A stretch of 55,782 nt of DNA, counting the filler, from Squatina squatina (lineage: Eukaryota): assembly GCA_031763465.1 (NCBI GenBank). It is 3 parts of 3 records of this genome, joined end to end, with 100 filler letters (N's around TTAATTAATTAA, not from the genome) between each part and the next. Parts side by side here need not be neighbours in the genome. Positions count along the whole stretch, not along the records: positions 1 to 26,475 come from JARFOE010000013.1; 2 more parts are not named here. One strand, 5' to 3'. The notes beneath the pieces were generated by a model. That model saw only the letters and a list, made by a program, of their open reading frames with translations, did no database searches and was not told the DNA's origin. The stretch's first letter is position 1, and each line of letters starts with the position of its first letter. Positions 1-10,275 of the stretch are shown here, piece after piece. The position numbers were made by a program, and so were the translations under genes.

Positions 1-18
1 TCCTTTTTGAAACTTTAG

Positions 19-101
19 GCATATGGTGATGGCTATGGAGCAACCTATGAGGATCAAGGTTATGACTCGTATGATAACAACTACAGCAATCAAGGCCAAA
101 G
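19..101 (+). CDS. KHDRBS3: Internal coding exon of KHDRBS3 (SLM-2/T-STAR), Tyr-rich C-terminal region
   Basis: Acceptor tttttgaaactttAG (17-18) and donor GTaaca (102). The 83 nt read AYGDGYGATYEDQGYDSYDNNYSNQGQ(S), phase 0 to 2. This matches the recalled human KHDRBS3 exon [28 protein letters not shown] (also 83 nt) better than KHDRBS1/2. Confidence 0.88.
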
Positions 102-814
102 GTAACAATGCACGGATCCTTCATAACCGCATAGGTCAATTTTTGATCAGGACTGGGTCATCATTTAGTCTGGCTTTATGAACTGAACTGCATGTTAAAT
201 CAAATTTCAAGAGGTATCATCGATGATGATTTACTTCACCTTGATTTTAAATGGTCAGCTTGGGGAAAGGAATGAATAAGAGAAAAAAACTGAAGCAATT
301 TGTAGTGCTTTAATTTAGAAATTACTATTAATGTGTGGTATTTCCTACAGTGATGAAATACACCTGGAGTAGAAATTATACTTCTGCATTCGGCAGCCCG
401 AGATGCTCTTTAATAGAGGGAAAAGCATGTGCTGCCAGGCACAGAAGTGAATCTTGATCCCTAGTTTTCCATCAAGAGCACCTTATTTGATTTATGATGT
501 TAGAAAGAGCTTTTTGAATCTATATTCACTTCCCTTGTCCCCCTTGAGCTTCTTGTAGGTCAACAGAAGCAATGTTGTGTAACATCAATCGGATTAAGCA
601 CATTCCACCAGTATTTTACTATTTTTCAAAAGAGGTTGTCATTGTTAAAGGAAAAGTTCTCCTGCAGAAAGTTACCAGAATGGAACAGCAGTCGCTGTAT
701 CATAATGAGAGTTGTCCTTATTAATAATAATAAAAGGGCTATTGGTTAAATTGTCATGATTAAATGGTGAGACTGTCTTGTCAGAAATAGTAAAAGGAAG
801 ACTCCTCATAATTC

Positions 815-1042
815 CTGCAGCAACACTGCACAGCTGCAGTTAGAGATGTTATTGCCGTGGTATTTGCATCTATTGTGATACGGAACAGATTGGATGACTC
901 TGCCTGTGCAGCGATGGATGATGCCACCTCACCAATGACATGTTCCAGGCGTCCTGGAACATGACGGTCATGTTGTGTCTGGAGGAGGGCATTGATGCTC
1001 TCGAGCACAGGTCGCACCGTCTGCGTGGAGGTCTCCATCATG
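815..1042 (-). mobile_element. Fragment resembling the C-terminal helical part of a Harbinger-associated Myb/SANT-like protein
   Basis: ORF 781..1155(-) METSTQTVRPVLESINALL...VIGEVASSIAAQAES...TAITSLTAAVQ has heptad-like A/S/I/L composition. It reads like a continuation of the 10731 ORF (..LAEVLRNAEESAS) and abuts a gap next to a Harbinger-like end. Confidence 0.5.
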
Positions 1043-1142
1043 NNNNNNNNNNNNNNNNNNNNNNNNNNNNNNNNNNNNNNNNNNNNNNNNNNNNNNNNNN
1101 NNNNNNNNNNNNNNNNNNNNNNNNNNNNNNNNNNNNNNNNNN

Positions 1143-1600
1143 TTTGTCCTTGCAAAAAATGACCACCAAATGGCTATTCAAAGTCAGCAAAAGGGTATTT
1201 GTGAGCCGGAAAATGTGAAAAAAAATGTGATCTCAGCGTCACCAAGGCGAGATAGAGGTGCAACATGGCGCGGACTTCCAGGCCTTGAAATAGCGCTACT
1301 AATTATTGGAGGCAGGGTGTCAACGCCCAAAAGAATGGACGTTGTCACTGCTAATTTTAAGGCACACCAATGTAAGTGAATTTTTGTGCAGGCGGCCATT
1401 TTGGGCGTAAGCCTAGTTATGACGTCATCAACGCCATTTAGCGCTGGACGCTGCATTTCTGGCGCTAGAGGTGCAATGGCCATTTAACGCCAGCGCTAAT
1501 GTGACCCGAATTGGCCAGTGAAACACTTAGCGCCGAAAATTGGCGCTAGGCCATTACCGCCCGTTTAGCCCCCAAATAAAGTTCGAATTGGGCGCCCATA
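1143..1600 (-). mobile_element. End of GC/CpG-rich PIF/Harbinger-like DNA transposon
   Basis: The reverse complement aligns by eye with 7969-8474 and 30955-31465: gggcgcccaa, repeated ggcgctaa/gcgttaa motifs, cccaaaatggccgcc, ggcgttgaca, agcgctatttcaagg..ggaagt. Confidence 0.6.
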
Positions 1601-1603
1601 TAC

Positions 1604-1740
1604 TATAAAGAGAAGTTAACGACGTATACAACAGTAAGAAACATATACAATGTAGGGAAATAAACCACATATACAATGGTAAGAAACATATACATTATAG
1701 AGAAATAAACTGCGTATACAACAGTAAAAAATATATACAA
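1604..1740. repeat. ~45-bp minisatellite, 3 copies
   Basis: Unit approximately tatagagaaataaactgcgtatacaacagtaagaaacatatacaa, repeated three times with substitutions. Confidence 0.85.
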
Positions 1741-2331
1741 TAGATGTTAGACTGTATTAGCTCATCAAATAGGAAAAAAACAAAAGATTCAATTACTGTC
1801 CGTGTTTTTCAGTGTCAGAATAAGAATTCAGAAAAGCTTTATTTTCATCTCCCACTGATATTAAAAAGTCCAATTATAGATCGCTTGGCAGTTGGTGGTG
1901 AGATGGGAGGTTTTCGTTTGCCCTTTGTTTTTTTTTAGGCACCGACATATAAATGAAATGTTGGAAAACATTACTGACAAGATTGACAGAAATTGGAATG
2001 GGCTCAGCTGCAGTAGGGCACCAGGCTTGATGATATACCTCCAATAAATTATGAGATACTGTACTGAATGATGGCTATTGTCAGTTCGAAGTTATCACTT
2101 AGAAAATCTATCTACACTAATAAATGCTGCTTTCATGTAAAACTTCAATACAGTTTTCCTTTTTGTTTTGGAGGTGTTGTCTTTCGATTTTTGATACAAG
2201 ATTTTTGTTCCTGTTCCACACATGTCCGCAAAGATGTCAGTGAATTTTTGATATAAATGATATTATGCACAGATTATTTACAACCTAACAAATTGATACT
2301 TACCATAGACATTTACTGGAACTAAACACCA

Positions 2332-2605
2332 GGGGGGTGAAATTGGCCGCTGTGCGAAATTGGGTTAACGTGTTAACGGGGCACTAAACATTAAGGCCCA
2401 GTGCCTCGAGCAAAATTCGCTAGGCAAAAACTTTAGGTGCTAAAGTTAGCGCCTCCAATGACATCATCAGTGGGCGCAACGCCTCCTTGCTAAATTCCCC
2501 GAAGTTAGCGCTTAAAGTTTGGTCAGGAAAACAATGCCTAGAAAAGTTGGCGCAGCACATTTTTCTCAGCCTGGGCCACCATCTTGTTTCATCGATTCTG
2601 TTCCC
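2332..2605 (+). mobile_element. Harbinger-like transposon end
   Basis: Starts GGGGGGTGAAATT. Contains ttagcgc/gcgctaa subterminal motifs and tgacatcatcagtgggcgcaacgcc, shared with the other copies; runs into a gap. Confidence 0.55.
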
Positions 2606-2705
2606 NNNNNNNNNNNNNNNNNNNNNNNNNNNNNNNNNNNNNNNNNNNNNNNNNNNNNNNNNNNNNNNNNNNNNNNNNNNNNNNNNNNNNNNNNNNNNNN
2701 NNNNN

Positions 2706-2950
2706 ACATCAATGTTTTTTTTTGTTTTGCTTTCAGTTTTTGTTAAAAGTTAGTTTTAAGTTTTGGTTTGAACTTTAATTTTAGCTTGTGTTAGAGCGTT
2801 ATCCCTTGTAAACTTTTACTTAAACCACAGTAAACTCCAAATGCCAAGTAAAGTTGTATTCTTTCGTAACTGAAGTCTCCAGATATTCTGTAGTGTTGAG
2901 ATCAAAGACATTGACTATTCTTGCTTGATACAAATAAAGTTTTGAGAAAA
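2706..2950 (+). other. KHDRBS3: Distal 3'UTR of KHDRBS3 (terminal exon end)
   Basis: gtattctttcgtaactgaagtctccagatattctgtagtgttg...tcttgcttgatacAAATAAAgttttga closely resembles the recalled end of the mammalian KHDRBS3 3'UTR (gtattcttttgtaactgag..ttctgtagtgtt..tcttgcttgatactaaataaacttttga). Same strand as, and downstream of, the exon at 19-101. Confidence 0.7.
2933..2938 (+). terminator. Polyadenylation signal AATAAA of KHDRBS3
   Basis: AATAAA at the end of the conserved-looking 3'UTR block, with a GT-rich tract (ttgctgtgtgtg) downstream. Confidence 0.65.
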
Positions 2951-3229
2951 AAAACAAACTTGCTGTGTGTGACATATCAGTAACTTTGATATATTTTCTT
3001 ATAACGCCAAATAATAAATCCACAAAAATCTTTTAAACAGGGAAAGCATACTTTTGTCTTTTTAAAATTTTCTTTTAAAAAATCAGTTTGTCTTAAGAGG
3101 TTGATACCTGAATGATGTTTTAAAAAACAAAAAAGTCCATATTGTTGCCCTTTGTAAATACACTACTGAGCAGTGAATATATGAAGAATGTGATCAGCAT
3201 TTCATTTTGTCTAAGCATTTTTTCACTAG

Positions 3230-3375
3230 TGCACTTTGGAATTTTTATGAGAATTACCTAAATGAATCCTCCGCTGGAAGCAATTAAAGCTTTTTAGAGG
3301 CAAACAGACTTGACTAATGTGGCATTCGTCAGAGGCAGTGGATGTGTAACCCTTAAAAGGTCTTCAGTTCCAAAG
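3230..3375 (+). other. Candidate non-coding downstream exon / conserved element after the KHDRBS3 poly(A) site
   Basis: Branch-like ctaag (3211), cattttttcactAG acceptor (3228-3229) and AAG|GTAAAT donor (3376). 146 nt of non-repetitive sequence. Confidence 0.35.
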
Positions 3376-3376
3376 G

Positions 3377-3712
3377 TAAATGAATCAAGTAGATTTTAAT
3401 ATCACTTAATTTACCTTTAACATTTAAAACCAGTAAACGCTAAAAGAAAGCAAGGTTGTAAAGTTGTTAGAGTAAAAAAAATTACTATAGAAAAGGTTCA
3501 AGTACTTCTAAACTCCTAATAATTATAAATCAATCTTGTAATTGTATAGAGACTAAACTATATAACTGCAAACTAAGCAGTAGCTGATCTCTTAAATTCT
3601 ATCCTGTTAAACGAAGTGTAAAAACCACATAACCTTTGTCTATAATGTTGTCATAGTTAGTCTCAACTGCTTAATGTTTGATTTTGAATCAGAATAAATT
3701 CACTCTAAACAA
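3377..3712 (+). promoter_or_regulatory. UWAA (TAAA/TTAA)-rich cluster, putative STAR-protein binding platform
   Basis: About 18 TAAA/TTAA sites by manual count in ~335 nt; TAAA clearly outnumbers its reverse complement TTTA. Confidence 0.45.
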
Positions 3713-4069
3713 TGTCTTTTTTTCTAGCATTGCATGGTAGTGTTTTTATAAGACTTGTCTGTTTTCTAAGAGTTATTAATTCATTCCCTATAAATGTTTT
3801 AATTCAGTCCTTATTCAGCCAATTGATCCTAAATCCTTGTGGTTTCCACATGTACAGGTAGCTTGCCTACTAAAATGCTGCGGTGGGGGGAGGTGGGTGG
3901 ATGTCCATTTCTACAACTCTCTGCGACGGCTGCTTTCATTACGGAGCTTTGTAATGCGACAGAGATCAGAATCAGTTCTCCTTAGAAAACCAATTAAGTT
4001 GTTAACCAAACCATTTTGACTTGGGAAATATCCTGGAACTGACAGCTCTTTAACAATGGCTTGTTCAGG

Positions 4070-4201
4070 AGAAACATAGAAACATAGAAACTAGGAGCAG
4101 GAGTAGGCCATTCGGCCCTTCGATCCTGCTCCGCCATTCAATGAGATCATGGCTGATCTTCCAAATTCAGTACCCTGTCCCTGCTTTCTCCCCATATCCC
4201 C
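4070..4201 (-). mobile_element. CR1 LINE 3' end
   Basis: gaaacatagaaacatagaaa (reverse of the (TTTCTATG)n tail) followed by ggagcaggagtaggccattcggccc; near-identical to 23627-23729. Confidence 0.85.
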
Positions 4202-4301
4202 NNNNNNNNNNNNNNNNNNNNNNNNNNNNNNNNNNNNNNNNNNNNNNNNNNNNNNNNNNNNNNNNNNNNNNNNNNNNNNNNNNNNNNNNNNNNNNNNNNN
4301 N

Positions 4302-4475
4302 CTGGGCAGACGCAAAGGCCTTTGCGCCCCAGCTGAATTATGGGGGAGACGAGATGGCCGCATCCCGACGCCATTTTTTATTTAATGTCCCATTAGTGCC
4401 CCTCGGAGGTGCTAATGGGACGTTAAAGGAGGCCAGTTTCGGCCCCCTGGTACCTCATGGAAGGAGCCATTCTTC
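4302..4475. mobile_element. GC-rich non-autonomous DNA element fragment (Harbinger-like MITE)
   Basis: CpG-rich contig edge ending ccagtttcggcccc, similar to the aatttc..cccc ends of related elements. Confidence 0.35.
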
Positions 4476-4654
4476 ACGTCTGAATGTAAACAGTGAATGC
4501 CCATCCACAACAACAACTCACCTGTCGATTCCACGGGAGTTCCGTACATATATTTTACTGTGGAAGGGGGCATCAATTGTGTCACTACCCATGTCCATAT
4601 ATATACACAAACACCTTCCAACAGGAATCATTTGACAATGATGTGTGGAATCTG

Positions 4655-4790
4655 ACCTAATATTTCTCTCCATCCCAGCCCAGCAACATTGAGGATGACT
4701 GTAATGTCATTTCTGGTTGCGATCAACTAACCCAGGACAAATTAGTCGAACATGAGATTTTTTTGGTCCATAATGTTCAATACCATCCAA
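4655..4790 (-). mobile_element. Degenerate tRNA-derived SINE (MamSINE1-like family)
   Basis: Reverse strand ggaccaaaa..catgttcga..gggttagttgatcgcaac..cctcaatgttgctggggctgggatggagagaaa resembles the 12610-12935 copy. Confidence 0.4.
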
Positions 4791-5258
4791 ATATGTTGTT
4801 TGTAAAATGATTGAATGATTTACCTGTAAATGTCTGAATCCTGAATATTAGAGTTATGTAAATATCTGGACCATGTATTTCAGTTATGTGAATAGTTTTC
4901 ATTCTTAATCTAGAAAAGCTGCAGTGTAGCAAAACAATTTTGTCTTACTCTCAGATCAGTTCTCAGCAGACCTGGGTCCACAAAATTAAAATGTCATGTT
5001 TGGTAATCCTTTTTCAATCACAAGACTTGGGATGATTGCAGTATTATCTTTGTGAGAGTTAAGAAGGGGATGAAATTAAAACAAACAAATATTTTCAGGT
5101 CAGTGTACACCATCCAGAGGATTATTCTCCCATGAAATCAGGAGTTTGGCCATTCAATAGTATCTTGTATAGTATGGTTGTTCCCTAACTTTTTAAACAA
5201 GGATTGTAATCATGATTCACTATTGGCAACGTTCCAACACACTGCACCACAGAGAGAT

Positions 5259-5443
5259 GGGGGATGAAATTCCATACCTCTGGGTGCCTCTATATCGCCA
5301 GGCGAAGGCATTATGGAGGCGCAAAAAATTATTGCGCCGTTAACGGGCCAATTAACGCCACACACAAAATTCAGCTCCCATTTTGTGGAGGCGTTAAAAA
5401 GTAATGCCTCTGCGGCATGGCGAGGCACCATTCTTGGCGGCGA
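5259..5443 (+). mobile_element. Harbinger-like transposon end
   Basis: Starts GGGGGATGAAATT, has ttaacgcc/ggcgttaa subterminal repeats, ends at a gap. Confidence 0.55.
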
Positions 5444-5599
5444 NNNNNNNNNNNNNNNNNNNNNNNNNNNNNNNNNNNNNNNNNNNNNNNNNNNNNNNNN
5501 NNNNNNNNNNNNNNNNNNNNNNNNNNNNNNNNNNNNNNNNNNNTCTCTGATTTGGATTTCCTACCTTCTGTTGATTTCTAATGGCCTGCCTCTTGCTCT

Positions 5600-6010
5600 T
5601 AATATACATTATTTTATTGATCTTTATGCTGATGACACCTTTCTGACTATCAAATAGCTGGCACCTGCTGGGGCTTGATCTCACGATTGGTAAGGTGGAG
5701 AACTTGTTCAGAGTAAAACAACGAGGGAGGTTGCATATAAAGTGGTTTTGGAAGAGAATTTCAGAGGGCAAGGATTTGATGACTTCCAAAGTATTCAAAT
5801 TGAAAATCTTATCCTTATCTATAAGTCTCTCGATGGCTTTGCCCACAATATCCCTCCAGTCCTGTATCTGATCCTGATCACTCTGTTCCTCTGACACGGG
5901 CCTTCTGTACATTGCCCCTCCCTTCGACCCACCAGTGGTTGCAGGGCCTTCAGCCGCCTCAGTTCTACTCCTTGAAGGTCCCTCCCTAAACCACTCTGCC
6001 TCTCCACCAT
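5600..6010 (+). mobile_element. L2-type LINE, degenerate RT and 3' region
   Basis: LYADDT motif near 5625, followed by a typical L2 3' segment (..ggccttcagccgcctc..ccctccctaaaccactctgcctctccacc). Confidence 0.6.
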
Positions 6011-6054
6011 TTAAAAAAAAAACACCCTCCACAAAATGCATCTTTTTTACCTAG

Positions 6055-6187
6055 TTCAAATCTGACCTAGTTTGAATATCTGAATTCAGTTCAAACCTGA
6101 AAATGAAAAGCTGCTATTAGTAAAAGTGACCATGAAGCTGTCGGATTGTTGCTAAAAAAACAAGTTTCACCAAAGTCCTTTCGGGAA
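6055..6187 (+). mobile_element. tRNA-derived SINE fragment
   Basis: gttcaaat B-box-like motif, then aaaagctg..gtgaccatgaagctgtcggattgt..gtccttt.gggaa, a body I recognise from shark SINEs. Confidence 0.5.
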
Positions 6188-6287
6188 NNNNNNNNNNNNN
6201 NNNNNNNNNNNNNNNNNNNNNNNNNNNNNNNNNNNNNNNNNNNNNNNNNNNNNNNNNNNNNNNNNNNNNNNNNNNNNNNNNNNNNNN

Positions 6288-6660
6288 CCCTGCAGCCGCT
6301 CCGAGACATCCTTGACCCTTGCACCAGGGAGGCAACATACCATCCTGGAGTCTCATTTGCGGCCACAGAAATGCCTATCTATTCCCCTTACAATAGAATC
6401 CCCTATCACTATAGCTCTCCCACTCTTTCTCCTCCCCTCCTGTGCAGCAGAGCCACCCATGGTGCCATGAACTTGGCTGCCGCTGCCTTCCCCTGATAAG
6501 CCATCTCCCACAACAATATCCAAAGTGGTATATCTGTTTGAGAGTGGGATGACCACAGGGGATTCCTGCATTACCTGCCTGCGACGACTACTCTGCTTAG
6601 CGGTCACCCATTCCCTTCCTGCCTGTGCAGTCTTTACCTGTGGTGTGACCACCTCCCTAA
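6288..6660 (-). mobile_element. CR1 ORF1 (SGNH esterase-like) fragment
   Basis: ORF 6353..6739(-) contains IPLSNRYTTL and AIVIGDSIVRGIDRHFCG, diagnostic of CR1 ORF1. Confidence 0.85.
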
Positions 6661-7489
6661 TCCCAGCAAGAGAAAAATCACTTGGGTGAGTTAAGAAGTC
6701 AGCCAGACCACGTTGAACCACATCGCAGCATAGAATCATGCCTTAAGATGGGGTTTGGGGAGAAGGGTGCGGTGAATTTGGAGTGGAAAAAAAAGAGGAG
6801 ATAAACATCAGCCTGATTCTACTATTTATGTAATTTCACATCAGAGTCAGTTCCTCACTCCCAGGCAGGACAAGCCAGTTTGCAGACTAAATGATTTTAA
6901 AATGCATCTTTTCTCTTTCCCAGCGCATCAAATTAACAATCTTTTTTTAAAAGTAGACTATATTTTAAAGATTCAACCTCCACATTCCTACTCTTTCTAA
7001 GCAATTAATTTCATCGATCCAGGTGACTTTAAGCAATGACGTGTGACTCACTGCTATCCCTGCCATTGCTTAATTGAAGATTATCAGAGAAAAATATCTA
7101 ATCATCCTTACTACTGCACAAAGGATCGGTATAATTGTGCTTCAAGGAGCTTAATCCTACAGTTTTGCAATAACTGGGCATTAAGCTTCATACTAATAAC
7201 TAACTCATTAAATATTGGAAACTTGTGACAGTAAAAGAAGTCATTAGGCATGACATTTGAGCAAAAGACATATTAAAATGATTAGAGGACAGTGGTCAAG
7301 ATTTTTCTCTGCATTCTTAGGGCCATTCAGTTCTGTTGCTGAAGTGGGTGTGTGATTTTCCACAGCACATGCTGTCAGTAACTATCTCCTATTAGTTTAG
7401 CAGTTTCGTGCTTTTCGCTGGGCTTTTTTGGAATGCATTTTGGCTCATGAAGGTTAGTACTGGAGCATGGAATATTTTTCCCATTTCAG

Positions 7490-7625
7490 GCATCCAGATA
7501 TCAAGATCAAGCGCTCTCAGGTCAGCCACATAGCTGCAGAGGAAAGCTCCCTTTGCTCTCCCTCAACAACGTAACTGAGCCCCCAATCTCAGAGGAGCAC
7601 CGGTGTGATATCTTTCCATTTTACA
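7490..7625 (-). mobile_element. LF-SINE-like SINE, 3' part
   Basis: Reverse strand ggtgctcctctgagattgggggctcag..gggagagcaaagggagctttcctctgca..gctgacctg resembles the recalled LF-SINE 3' half. Confidence 0.4.
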
Positions 7626-7968
7626 CATCAACCCTAATAGTAGAGTTATAATCAGTGTGAAGAATTTCACTCACTTTTTTGTTATACTGCTTTGTGGTGC
7701 TGCACATTGGATTATAAAGTCACAAGGCTGCCAACTAAATAACTGCAGAGTAAATTGTGAAGAATTGGAATGATTCTTCTGTTTTCCAAATTTTTTGCAC
7801 TCCAGCCTACGATTAAGGCTATCTTTTGGTTATCTGCAGTTCATTAATGTGTTTGACAGGGAGGGTAACTCAAAAAGCAAGTACTTGACTCTAGAGCACC
7901 TCCACAGTTGGAATAAACCAGCTTTGCAGAGCTGGAGATAGATATCATCTAATTGCATTAATAAAAAT

Positions 7969-8474
7969 GCCTCTAGAAACTGCAAAAAATAGGGACGCCC
8001 AAGTCGTCCTTATTTTTCGGCGTTAAACTGGTATTAAATCAGTGTTATGGGCTTAATACTGATTTTGGGCGCTAAATTTAACGTTGCAAAATTCGTCCCC
8101 CCTTAACGCTGGCGCTAAATGGGCGTTAATCCTTTCAGGCTAAAAACTCAGCGTTCAGCGTTACAAGCCCTCAATGATGTCATCATTGGCCGCAATGCCC
8201 AAAATGGCCACCCGCTGGGAAATTAAAACTAGCGGTGACAACGCCCAGTTTGTTAGGCGTTGACATGCCTCATCTCATAATTTCCAGCGCTATTTAAAGG
8301 ACTGGAAGTGGGCTTCACTCTAACTTTCACTCGGAGCTCGCTGACGCTCATATCGCGTGATTTATTACTATTCAGCCTCACTTTGCAACAGTGCCAACTT
8401 TTATTTACATTTTCCTGACTTTTGTTCATTTGGAAAAATCGGGCCTATTCACCATGGGTGTTGCACTAGTGGTC
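7969..8474 (+). mobile_element. Harbinger-like transposon end with promoter and probable start of a transposon ORF
   Basis: Subterminal gcgctaa/gcgttaa repeats, tgatgtca, TATTTAAA (8291), GGAAGT (8304), accATGggtgttgcactagtggtc (ATG 8454, MGVALVV). Colinear with 30955-31465. Confidence 0.6.
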
Positions 8475-9589
8475 NNNNNNNNNNNNNNNNNNNNNNNNNN
8501 NNNNNNNNNNNNNNNNNNNNNNNNNNNNNNNNNNNNNNNNNNNNNNNNNNNNNNNNNNNNNNNNNNNNNNNNNNGCATATCCTCTTGGCACGACTTGAAT
8601 ATCACACTGGAGCATCAGGCTAGATTGAACAGAATAAAATAAAAGTTTTCGATGTTGTAGTTAAAGTGTATAATCTCCTTTGGGGGAAAAAAAAGCACTC
8701 ATTGCATTCAAGGCTTTTACCGAGAATTAGTACTCACTGGGCTGGCCAATTGAGGAGCCGGATTTAAATAAAGTATCTGCTAATGGGGTTTAATCACCTC
8801 AGTGTGGTTCCAAGGGTTTCAGAAGATTAAGGAGGATGGAGACAGATACACAATATCATTTCCCACCGTTAGAGGTAAAGATTTGAATGAGTTATTGATT
8901 ACATGTTACCATTAGGAGGGATCGTTGGCTGGTTCATTTGCATTATATTATCGGAGAAAGCATCATTTACCTTCTCCCTTTCTACGAAACATAAAAGTCA
9001 ATTATGCCCCAAACTGACAAGTCATTGCCTGAGAGATTGCTTTAACTTTTAATGGTCCTGGATTTTCAGACTTTTAAAGCAGTAGTATCAATTAAGTCCA
9101 CGTTGCTAACGCGCCTCTTGTAAAATTTATTGCCTGTTTTATTATCTTTTATCACACATTAAATCATCCTGACTTCCCTGCACCAATGGCTCACCCAGAA
9201 TAAAGCTTAATTAATCTCAGCTGACAGCTAAGGATGTCAGTGTGTGGTATTTTGACATTATTGGTCTTTGTGCAACAAGGTTTCAGCACTCCTTTAAATT
9301 TTGTGTAGATAGAGGTGGTACAATATGCATTTTTTTTAACAAAGCATTAAACCTAATCTAGAGAGCTGGGATTAAAATTTTATCTCTCTTTTGTTTAGGG
9401 AATTATATTGTAGGTCCAAGCAGACACAAGTTTGCAGTACATTTAGCTATATTGTTCAGAGAAACCACAACTGTTGAAAGTCAAAATGCAAATTTTTTTT
9501 ATCCATCCTCAAGTGCCATTTTCCCTCAGTTATTTCACTCAAGTATTCATAAGTGAACTTTGAAAATGAATGTCAACAGCAACTGCATT

Positions 9590-9995
9590 AGCTGTGGCTC
9601 AGTGTGTAGCAATGTTGCCTTTTGAGTCAGAAGATTGTCGGCTCCAGTCCCACTCCAAAGACTTGCAGCACAAAAATCGAGGCTCCAGTGCAGTATGGAG
9701 GGAGTGCTGCACTATCAGAGGTGCTGTCTCAGGTGGACGTAAAAGATTCCATGACACTATTCGAAGAATAGCAGGAGAGTTCTCCCAGTGCCCTGACCAA
9801 CACTTATCCCTCAACCAACATCACTAATACCGATTATCTGGTCAATGTCTCATCGCTGTTTGTGGGACCTTGCTATGAACATATTAGTGGCTACATTTCC
9901 CTACATCACAACAGAGGCCGTACTTCAAAAAATACTTAATTGACTGTGAAGTACTTTGGAACATCTAGAGTACTATATAAATGCAAGTTCTTCTC
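9590..9995 (+). mobile_element. DeuSINE (SacSINE1-like)
   Basis: tRNA-like head gctgtggctcagt..gtcccactcc, Deu-domain ggtggacgtaaaagattccatgacactattcgaagaa, tail tatataaatgcaagt. Confidence 0.85.
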
Positions 9996-10009
9996 TCTTT
10001 GAAGACATC

Positions 10010-10215
10010 AATTAGGCCACTCCCTTTATCTTCTCAGCTCAATGAAAAAAACCCAACTTTTCCAGTCTCTCGTTATGACTATAACTCTTCATCCCTGACA
10101 ATAGTCTAACAAATTTATGCTGCAACTTTTCCATTGCTTTAAATTTCTTTATACGCTGTAGTTCCCCAAATTACACATCATACTCTAATTGTGGCTTCAC
10201 TAAAGTCTTGAACAT
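10010..10215 (-). mobile_element. Degenerate CR1 ORF2 3' fragment
   Basis: aaaaaacccaacttttccagtctctc..atccctgacaat..ccccaaattacacatcatactctaattgtggc resembles the CR1 copies at 32517-33273. Confidence 0.6.
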
Positions 10216-10275
10216 ACCTGACATAAACTTGAAAGGGAAAGGTAGGCCTTAATGCACTTGTTCTTGTATATGCAG

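Noticed and set aside
351-372. Acceptor ttcctacAG|TGATG as possible KHDRBS3 next exon
   Set aside because: In frame it gives SDEIHLE-stop, with no similarity to the expected DYYDYGHG exon.
1604-1740. Regularly spaced repeats suggesting a CRISPR-like array
   Set aside because: Head-to-tail minisatellite with no unique spacers, in a vertebrate genome.
1990-2025. WNGLSCSRAP resembles Sam68 terminal-exon WNGTRPSLKAP
   Set aside because: Needs a gap, is very short, and lacks the invariant YR..PYGRY ending; not accepted as the true last exon.
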